A stretch of DNA of 64,000 nt from a bacterium (GTDB lineage: Bacteria; Patescibacteriota; Patescibacteriia; JAACEG01; JAGUWE01), in contig JAZDOD010000008.1 of assembly GCA_043798995.1 (NCBI GenBank), positions 119,468 to 183,467 on the forward strand, given 5' to 3'. Both the position numbers and the translations under genes were made by a program. How positions within the stretch are numbered: position 1 is the stretch's first letter; each line of letters begins with the position of its first letter. Below, piece after piece: positions 57,051-64,000 of the stretch. The notes beneath the pieces were generated by a model. The model was not told the DNA's origin. It worked only from the letters and a program-made list of their open reading frames with translations, and did no database searches.

Positions 57051-57491
57051 ATGACAAAAAAAATTATTAAAACTGAAAAAGTCAAAACCAAAAAAGAAGA
57101 GCCGAAAGGCAATGTTTTTGCGGTTGGCAGAAGAAAATCGGCCATTGCTCAAGTTAGATTAACCCGAGGCAAAGGAGAAATAAAAATTAATAGCAAGACG
57201 TTAAAAGAATTTTTTCCTTATTTTGAATTTCAGCAGATTATTTTGGCGCCATTTAAGGCGGTCGGAGAAGCTGAAAAATACGATGCCCAGGCCAAAATTG
57301 TTGGCGGCGGCAAACACGGCCAGGCCGAGGCCCTACGATTGGCCATTGCCCGCGCTTTGCTTAAAATTGACTCTTCCTTCCGTCAACCACTAAAAAACCT
57401 TGGCTTTTTGACCCGCGATGCCAGAGTTAAAGAAAGAAAAAAACCCGGCCTCAAGCGCGCCCGAAGGGCACCGCAGTGGCAAAAAAGATAA
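57051..57491 (+). CDS. rpsI: 30S ribosomal protein S9
   Basis: GRRK.A.A.V, GGG..GQA.A and ERKKPGL.RAR.APQW.KR motifs. Confidence 0.97.
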   Translation: MTKKIIKTEKVKTKKEEPKGNVFAVGRRKSAIAQVRLTRGKGEIKINSKTLKEFFPYFEFQQIILAPFKAVGEAEKYDAQAKIVGGGKHGQAEALRLAIARALLKIDSSFRQPLKNLGFLTRDARVKERKKPGLKRARRAPQWQKR

Positions 57492-57607
57492 TATCTTTTT
57501 TGCCAACCCTTCCGTAGCTTTACGCGAAGGAGGGTGGCCAGAAGAGGTAGTTTTTACACTATTAAACTAAACGAAAAATAATTTTATTAATTAATTTATT
57601 AAAATCT

Positions 57608-57895
57608 ATGGGAATTGAAAAATTAGAACCTCAAAAACCAAGAGAAATCATTGAAGTTAAAAACAAAGAAGAATGGTTTAATGAAGCGCCTCAATTAAAA
57701 GATTTTCTTGAAAAATTAACTGATCCTATCTTGGGTGCCGAGGAAATCGAAAAAATGCTTTTTGATTACAATGCTAAAGCAAAAGATTTGCCGCCAGGAG
57801 AAATAAAGCGTTACGCCTTCACCACTGAAAACGGAATTACCATCGAACTCTGTAAAGACGAAGAAGGAAAAATCGCTTTTAATTGGTCAAAATAA
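57608..57895 (+). CDS. Hypothetical protein
   Basis: ORF followed by a terminator-like hairpin. Confidence 0.55.
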   Translation: MGIEKLEPQKPREIIEVKNKEEWFNEAPQLKDFLEKLTDPILGAEEIEKMLFDYNAKAKDLPPGEIKRYAFTTENGITIELCKDEEGKIAFNWSK

Positions 57896-57979
57896 CATAT
57901 TTTTGACAAAAAAACGGCCCGATTTTAGCCGTTTTTTTATTTGACCGCAGTGGTTAATTTGACTATAATTTAAATAGTT

Positions 57980-59428
57980 ATGTCTGATGATTATCAATCA
58001 GGAAAAATCACCAAAAATACCGGCTATTTAATTGCCTCTTATATTGGACAAAATTTTTTGTCTTTTATTTTTTTTATTATCTTAGCTCGTTTCTTGGGAG
58101 TAGAAGATTTGGGTAAATATGTCTTTGCTTTTTCTTTTGCTACTCTTTTTAGCATCGCGGTTGATCTTAATTTAAGTCAAGTTCTCACTCGCGAGATAGC
58201 TAAATTTAAAGACAAGGCAGAAAATTATTTGAACAATATCATAGCTTTCAAGTTAATTACAGCGGCGCTAACTTATTTGACGGTAGTTTTGTTAATTAAT
58301 TTTTTGAATTACCCCGATCTCACTAAAATTTTAGTTTACCTTACAGGGTTAGTGATGATTTTAGATTCTTTTTCTTTAACTTTTTATGGCGCCTTGCGCG
58401 GCATTCAAAATCTCAAATTTGAGGCCTTAAGTACAATCTACGGTCAATTAATCATTATTTCTTTAGGCACTGTAGCTTTATTTTTAGGTTTACCTTTACC
58501 CGTCTTAATTGTAATTTATATTTTGGCCAGTTTATTTAAATTTATTTATTCCTTTTGGCAGGTTAAGAAAAATCTTAGGGTAAAATTTAGACCAAATCTT
58601 GACAAGTCAATTTTAAAATTACTTTTTGCTCTAGCCCTACCCTTTGCTTTAGCGGGAATTTTCAACAGAGTTTTTTATTATACTGATACAATTTTCCTTT
58701 CTAAATTAATAGGTGATGTGGCGGTTGGTATTTATAGCATTGCTTATAAATTAACTTATTCTTTGCAATTTATTCCCGCTGCTTTAGGAGCAGCCCTTTT
58801 TCCGGCTATGAGCAGTTTTTATCTTACTTCACCGGAGAACCTTAAAAAATCGTTTGAAAAATCATTTTTATATCTTTCGTTTATAGCCCTGCCAATTACT
58901 TTTGGCACTATTGCTTTAGCGCCAGAATTAATCAAAACTCTTTATAGCGAAAAGTATCTTGAGGCAATTTTACCACTTCAACTTTTGATTATGGCTGTTA
59001 TTTTTATTTTTCTTAATTATCCCATTGGCTCACTGCTTAATGCTTGCGATAGACAAAAAGCCAACACTTTTAATGTTGGGATAGCGATGGCGGCTAATAT
59101 TATTTTAAATATTATTTTAATTCCGCGTTTCAGTTACGTTGGTGCGGCAATCTCAGGTTTGGTAAGTCAAACTTTGTGGTTTGTTCTTGGTCTTTATCAG
59201 GCCAATAAATTGATAAAAATTGATAAAAAAATGTTGGGCAGAAAAACAGCTTTAATATTTTTATCGGCCGTGATAATGTTTTTTATGATTGTGATGTTTA
59301 AAAAAGTTAACTGGCTTTTAGCCGGTGGATTTTCAACTATTTTTTATTTGATGCTGATAATTGTGTTTAGAGTTATTAAGATAGTTGAAATCAAAGAGTT
59401 GATAAGCACGGTTATTAAGAAAACTTAA
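57980..59428 (+). CDS. Wzx-like polysaccharide flippase
   Basis: I.KNT..., AR.LG....G.Y, GIYS.AY and GAA motifs; many TM helices. Confidence 0.88.
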   Translation: MSDDYQSGKITKNTGYLIASYIGQNFLSFIFFIILARFLGVEDLGKYVFAFSFATLFSIAVDLNLSQVLTREIAKFKDKAENYLNNIIAFKLITAALTYLTVVLLINFLNYPDLTKILVYLTGLVMILDSFSLTFYGALRGIQNLKFEALSTIYGQLIIISLGTVALFLGLPLPVLIVIYILASLFKFIYSFWQVKKNLRVKFRPNLDKSILKLLFALALPFALAGIFNRVFYYTDTIFLSKLIGDVAVGIYSIAYKLTYSLQFIPAALGAALFPAMSSFYLTSPENLKKSFEKSFLYLSFIALPITFGTIALAPELIKTLYSEKYLEAILPLQLLIMAVIFIFLNYPIGSLLNACDRQKANTFNVGIAMAANIILNIILIPRFSYVGAAISGLVSQTLWFVLGLYQANKLIKIDKKMLGRKTALIFLSAVIMFFMIVMFKKVNWLLAGGFSTIFYLMLIIVFRVIKIVEIKELISTVIKKT

Positions 59429-59568
59429 GACATTGTCATTCCCGTTCCGTATCAAGAGTCCGGGGATTGTCATGCTGAACTCGTTTCAGCATCTCAGAGA
59501 CCCTGAAACAAGTTCAGGGTGACACAAGAAAATGTCCTGAAATAAATTCAGGATGACCATAAATAATT

Positions 59569-60726
59569 ATGAAAAAAGTTTTGCTTTTAACTTTGGATTT
59601 TCCGCCGCAGACCGGCGGAGTTGCTAATTATTTGGCTAATATTAGCCAAAATTTGTCAGCAGATAAAATTTCCATTTTAACAGTCAGGCAAAGTGGTTCA
59701 GCTAAATTTGATCAAAAACAGGGCTATAAAATTTATCGGGAAAATTTAATAAGTCAACTGCCAATTTGGCCCAAGTGGCTTGCGGCAATTTATCACGCTT
59801 TTCAGGTTATTAAAAAAGAAAAACCGGATTTAATTTTAGTTGGTCAAATTTTGCCTTTAGGCACGGTCGCTTTAGTCATTAAAAAACTTACAGGTCTTAA
59901 CTATTTTGTCTCTTGTCATGGTATGGATATTTTGCTGGCGCAAAAAAACAAGCGAAAAAAATGGCTGACAACTCTAATAATTAAAAACTCCCAACAGATT
60001 ATTGCTAATAGCCAATTTACTAAAAAAGAAATTATGAAATTGGGGGCAGGGGAGAATAAAATAACGGTAATTTATCCTTGCCCCCACACCAATATAATTG
60101 GTGTGGGGGCTTGTCCGAATATAACTAACAACCAACAACTTAACAACAAACAACTAAATGAAAAATTTAATTTATCTAATAAGAAAGTTCTTTTAACCGT
60201 TGGCAGATTAGTTGAACGAAAAGGACAAGACCAAGTTATTCGGGCTTTACCCGAGGTGATTAAAAGTTTTCCCAAACTCGTTTATTTTATTGTTGGCAGC
60301 GGGCCTTATCAGGGCGAGTTAGAAAAATTAGCCAAAGAATTAAATTTAGAAGATAAGATTATTTTTGCCGGCAGAGTGAATGATGAAGAATTAACCAATT
60401 ATTACCAAACAGCTGATATTTTTATTATGGCATCAAGACAAATTGCCGGCGATGTTGAGGGCTTTGGCATTGTTTATTTGGAGGCGGCTTCTTTCGGCTT
60501 GCCCGTCATTGCCGGCCGATCCGGCGGAGTAGGAGAAGCTGTGTTAGATGGACAAACTGGTATTTTGGTTAATCCGGAAAACATAAAAGAGATTGCCCAA
60601 GCAATTATAAAATTATTGGCAGATGAGAATTTAGCCAAAAAAATGGGACAAACAGGGAAGGAAAGAGTAGAAAAGGAATTTCAGTGGTCTAAACAAGCAG
60701 CGAAGTTAAAAGAATTATTAAAATAA
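59569..60726 (+). CDS. Glycosyltransferase family 4 (PimB-like) with an in-frame hairpin insert
   Basis: DFPP..GG, TVGRLV.RKG.D and EGFGIVYLEA motifs. Confidence 0.92.
   Translation: MKKVLLLTLDFPPQTGGVANYLANISQNLSADKISILTVRQSGSAKFDQKQGYKIYRENLISQLPIWPKWLAAIYHAFQVIKKEKPDLILVGQILPLGTVALVIKKLTGLNYFVSCHGMDILLAQKNKRKKWLTTLIIKNSQQIIANSQFTKKEIMKLGAGENKITVIYPCPHTNIIGVGACPNITNNQQLNNKQLNEKFNLSNKKVLLTVGRLVERKGQDQVIRALPEVIKSFPKLVYFIVGSGPYQGELEKLAKELNLEDKIIFAGRVNDEELTNYYQTADIFIMASRQIAGDVEGFGIVYLEAASFGLPVIAGRSGGVGEAVLDGQTGILVNPENIKEIAQAIIKLLADENLAKKMGQTGKERVEKEFQWSKQAAKLKELLK
60080..60110. repeat. Empty TIR-family element inserted in frame
   Basis: gcccccacaccaat-ata-attggtgtgggggc with TT duplicated (33 bp, 11 codons). 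Confidence 0.85.
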
Positions 60727-60953
60727 AAAACGAGGTGATAATAAATATTCACCCCATTTTCTCTTTGGCAACCAGAAAATTTATTAAGTAAAGTTGGCAA
60801 ACCTTGACATTAAGATTAACTCAAGGTTTTTTTTATTTGTTTTAAAAGAGCCCTTTTGAGATTTTTTTTGTTCTTGACAAAATTGAAAATATTTGCTTAG
60901 ATTGAAAGCAGATTATATGTTTAATCATTCTTTCTAAAAAGGAGGAAAAAATT

Positions 60954-61166
60954 ATGTCAAACTGCGGTTGTGAAGGCAGCTGCCCAGTTTGTCGCTTGGG
61001 CGAAGTGGATAATCATAAATGCGCTCGTTGCGGGGCGGAGTTCTGCCCGAAGTGTCATGGCATCACGAATAATGTCAAATCGAAAAATGTGTTGCTCTGC
61101 AAGTGCAAGAAGGTTGTGAATAAGAAGAAAAAAAAGAAGAAAGAAAAAAAGAAGCGCAAAAGGTAG
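60954..61166 (+). CDS. Small Cys-rich protein with a poly-Lys tail
   Basis: TTGACA promoter, AGGAGG SD, CxC/CxxC clusters and a downstream terminator. Confidence 0.65.
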   Translation: MSNCGCEGSCPVCRLGEVDNHKCARCGAEFCPKCHGITNNVKSKNVLLCKCKKVVNKKKKKKKEKKKRKR

Positions 61167-61401
61167 TTTTTTATCGACGCACAAACAATCATGGCCACAT
61201 GCTTCGTCCTGTGGCTTTTTTTCTTTCCAAAAAAATTTTAAAAAGGTTCATCCGCCAGCTGGCGGGGAAAATGTAAAAAATTATTTGTGATTTTTTGTTA
61301 GCCCAATTCCGATTTTTTTTATTCTATTTTAAAAGGACAAAATAAATTTATTTCGCCTATTTAAGTTTCGGAGTGAACGGATTTTGCACAATGGGCGGCG
61401 G

Positions 61402-61848
61402 CTACAAACCTTCTTTAATTTTATCAACTATCTTCTTTTTAACTATAGTGGATACTTCTCCCCCCCTTTCTTTATTATAATGATGACCAAATTCTGGATC
61501 TTCAAAAATTTTACCGGCGAATTCAACTTTATAATTATATCTTGGTCGGAAATGCCAATGAACATGGGGATTCGGCGGATCATTTTGATAAGCATTGTTC
61601 ATTAAACAAGTCCAATTAAACATTGTTGCATCAAAAGACCTTTTCAAAGCTGATTCAATTCTTTTGACAAGTTTAATGAAATCAGACCATTCAGAATTTT
61701 TTAATTCAGCCAAATCCCCACAATGTCTTTTCAAAGTTATATAACATCGACCAAGATATGCCTGATCGGATGCAATAGTCACTTTCCAGAATTTGGTCTG
61801 GTAAATCAAATCATTCTTATTCGGTTTTTGACAACCATCGCATTTCAT
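61402..61848 (-). CDS. HIT family nucleotide hydrolase
   Basis: CxxC start and HVHWH triad. Confidence 0.85.
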   Translation of the reverse strand: MKCDGCQKPNKNDLIYQTKFWKVTIASDQAYLGRCYITLKRHCGDLAELKNSEWSDFIKLVKRIESALKRSFDATMFNWTCLMNNAYQNDPPNPHVHWHFRPRYNYKVEFAGKIFEDPEFGHHYNKERGGEVSTIVKKKIVDKIKEGL

Positions 61849-61903
61849 AAGTTTATATAAATTATGTATTATATACGAAATATACGCAAAAACCACGATT
61901 TTT

Positions 61904-62380
61904 TTAACTGAACCTTGAGTTGAGCCAGTCGCCGAGATAGTGGCTAAGAATAACAACGAGTAAGGCGATAAACAAATGCTCGGCCACGGCTGGCCAGGGT
62001 TTGCTTTTTTGTTCTTTGGCAATATAAAAACTAAAAATTCCTAAAAGTATTAGTCCGCTGATGACACTGATAATTATTGCCTTACCAAGCGGAAGCAGCA
62101 AGACCGGAATAATAAATATCAGCGTGAAGATGAATTTAAACAAAAAAGTGGTCAAAGTTGATTCCCAGATTTCTTTTTTAGTATGTCTGTTTTCTGATTC
62201 TTCGGCAATGTGGATGCCTAAAGCATCGGAAAAGGCATCGGCAACAGCAATGGTTAGAATTCCGCCGATAACCGCCAATTTTGAGTGCGTGCCTGAATGG
62301 AGGCCGACCATTAATCCTAAAGTTGTAATTATGCCCGAGGTCAGCCCAAAACTCAGGCCAACTTGTAACGAATGCCGCAT
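61904..62380 (-). CDS. VIT1/CCC1-like membrane protein
   Basis: FGLTSG.ITT.G...A.ADAFSDALG.H..EE; multiple TM helices. Confidence 0.75.
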   Translation of the reverse strand: MRHSLQVGLSFGLTSGIITTLGLMVGLHSGTHSKLAVIGGILTIAVADAFSDALGIHIAEESENRHTKKEIWESTLTTFLFKFIFTLIFIIPVLLLPLGKAIIISVISGLILLGIFSFYIAKEQKSKPWPAVAEHLFIALLVVILSHYLGDWLNSRFS

Positions 62381-62389
62381 AAATAAAAA

Positions 62390-63994
62390 TTAGTTGATTT
62401 CTAATTTGCTTAGAATATCAGTTTGATAACTCTCTAATCCTTGAATAAATTGATCTAAAAATTTTGTTACTTCTTCATTATTTAATAAGCTTGGTTTTCC
62501 TGCGTTAGAGTGGAAGGGGAATAAATATAAGGTAGTTTTTTGCTGTGCAGCAATAACGCCGACTGAAAGACCAATATTTACTTCTTCTGGAGAATCTTGA
62601 TCAAATATAAAGTTGCCTAATGAATAAAAAATCGGTTTGCCTTGGTAGATTTCTAGCGGCTGAATAACGTGAGGATGATGGCCAATGATTAAATCAGCGC
62701 CGGCATTAATAAATTTTTGAGCAAGATCTCTCTGTCGGGTTGTAGGCATAGTGCCGTATTCTTCCCCCCAATGGACATTTAAAAAAACAAAATCGTGATT
62801 TTTTTTGGCATTGCTGATAATTTGTAGTGCCGGTTCAGTCGGTAAGACGCCCCCAACGTCATTAAACCCACAGAGAGCGATTTTTAAGTTGTTTTTATCA
62901 ATTGTTGCGCAGGTTTTGTTGTTTATTTCATAAGCCCCAAATGACCGAATATTTGCTTTGTTTAGAAAATTTCGAGTATCTTCATCACCTGCTAAAAAAT
63001 AGTCTAAGGTATGGTTATTAGCCAGATTAAGAAGGTTGAACCTATATTTTTTCAGTAATGGCAATACTTGCTCAGGATTAAAGCGAAAAATCACTGGTTT
63101 ATTTTGTGCTTTTTTTTGATAACTTAAAACTCCTTCTAAATTTAGAATATTAAAATTATTGCCTTTGAAAAATCGTTCTTCTTGTCCGGCGATCGTAGAC
63201 AAAATATCTTCAGCCCCCAGCAGAGAAGCAATTTTTCGATCAAACATGGCATCGCCAAAAAAATGCAGACTAATTTGTGGAGATTGTTTTTTTTCCCCTG
63301 AAGAAAAAGAAATGTAAAGATGGCTAGTTGTTTGCTCAGGTTTTTGTTGGAAAAAAAAGTCCTGGCTATTGGTATGATTTAACAATGAAACATTCATGAG
63401 ATTTTCTTTTTCTGCCCAACGAGTTATCGCTCGTAAAGATGCTGGTGAATCTACTTCAATAGACTTAAGTTCATCATAATCAAAGTTTTGTATGGCCGTA
63501 AATGAGGATTGATCATGAAAATCTGCGACCGAATATGGCATATAATGCGAGAAGTCAACGCTGGCAATTACTAAAATATCTTGCTTATCAGCTAATAAAT
63601 TCATATATAAAGCCAACTGGTCAATTTCTTTATCAGAAGTATCTACTTTTAGGGTGAAAGGAACAAACTCAGCAGTTGGGAAAAATTCTTTTATGAATGT
63701 CGCGTGCGCATATATGCTATGTTCTTTTTCAAATGATTGACAATTAATAGCAGCTAAATTTTTTTGGGTCACTTCTTGAACAATCTTTGGGGTTGTTTTT
63801 AAATCTCCCCGAACGGTAGTATATGTGCTGTTACAAGTTTGGATATTTTGCTCGCCTTTTTCAAAATGATTGGGGCCAACTAATATAACTACTTTCGGTT
63901 GAAATTGCTCTGATAAGCTGCGATAAATTTTTGTTAGTTCTGGCGCTGTAATCAAATGATGCGGAAGGATAACCGCACGAGTTGAGCCCGGCAC
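62390..63994 (-). CDS. MEMO1-like (AmmeMemoRadiSam B) plus CapA/PGA_cap fusion (5'-partial)
   Basis: PHH, GPNH, EHS and SVDFSHY, then GD.M.DR, NLE, LANNH..D, HWG.EY, GHHPHV.Q and YSLGNF.FDQ. Confidence 0.85.
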   Translation of the reverse strand: MPGSTRAVILPHHLITAPELTKIYRSLSEQFQPKVVILVGPNHFEKGEQNIQTCNSTYTTVRGDLKTTPKIVQEVTQKNLAAINCQSFEKEHSIYAHATFIKEFFPTAEFVPFTLKVDTSDKEIDQLALYMNLLADKQDILVIASVDFSHYMPYSVADFHDQSSFTAIQNFDYDELKSIEVDSPASLRAITRWAEKENLMNVSLLNHTNSQDFFFQQKPEQTTSHLYISFSSGEKKQSPQISLHFFGDAMFDRKIASLLGAEDILSTIAGQEERFFKGNNFNILNLEGVLSYQKKAQNKPVIFRFNPEQVLPLLKKYRFNLLNLANNHTLDYFLAGDEDTRNFLNKANIRSFGAYEINNKTCATIDKNNLKIALCGFNDVGGVLPTEPALQIISNAKKNHDFVFLNVHWGEEYGTMPTTRQRDLAQKFINAGADLIIGHHPHVIQPLEIYQGKPIFYSLGNFIFDQDSPEEVNIGLSVGVIAAQQKTTLYLFPFHSNAGKPSLLNNEEVTKFLDQFIQGLESYQTDILSKLEIN

Positions 63995-64000
63995 AGCTAT

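Noticed and set aside
3242-60275. Numerous short antisense or overlapping ORFs in the track
   Set aside because: They are shadows of well-supported genes and have no motifs of their own
61340-61400. Possible second attC remnant downstream of the HIT gene (minus strand taggcgaaataaattt resembles 47361-47376)
   Set aside because: Lacks the GTT core and a matching R'' box; too degenerate to call
61849-62022. Long N-terminal extension of the HIT ORF
   Set aside because: Overlaps the VIT-like gene in another frame; the HIT domain starts at MKCDGC (61848)
1-64000. CRISPR array, tRNA or rRNA genes
   Set aside because: No regularly spaced direct repeats with unique spacers and no cloverleaf or rRNA signatures were seen; the repeats here are dispersed hairpins

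Overview
AT-rich chromosomal window from a Patescibacteria (CPR)-like bacterium; taxon inferred from gene content, and the standard genetic code is used. In order it holds: an ADP-forming acyl-CoA ligase tail and NifU, a type IV pilus cluster (pilB, pilC, three minor pilins, pilM/N/O), glycosyltransferases, a ~14 kb defence island (radC, MNT-HEPN TA pair, GIY-YIG relic, HsdM-S fusion, frameshifted ABC-ATPase-HEPN, AAA/DUF4143, HsdR, two wHTH genes, NYN), DUF4012/DUF11 surface proteins, tgt, pyrC, hpf, secA, yidC, secD/secF, purM, an IS481-type element, the infA-rpmJ-rpsM-rpsK-rpsD-rpoA-rplQ-rplM-rpsI block, and flippase/GT/HIT/VIT/MEMO-CapA genes. No rRNA, tRNA or CRISPR array was seen. The strongest unexplained signal is a set of tiny palindromic mobile elements: (1) an RCCCCCACACC-ended TIR family that occurs empty, in-frame inside a protein, nested, or carrying a GIY-YIG nuclease; (2) wHTH genes bracketed by co-varying 38-bp palindromic sites; (3) many in-frame 24-42 bp insertions in conserved proteins. 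Also notable are a candidate antisense small RNA convergent on the NYN gene, a solitary attC cassette between secD and secF, and a Tgt lacking its zinc ligands. All calls come from reading the sequence by eye; no searches were run.
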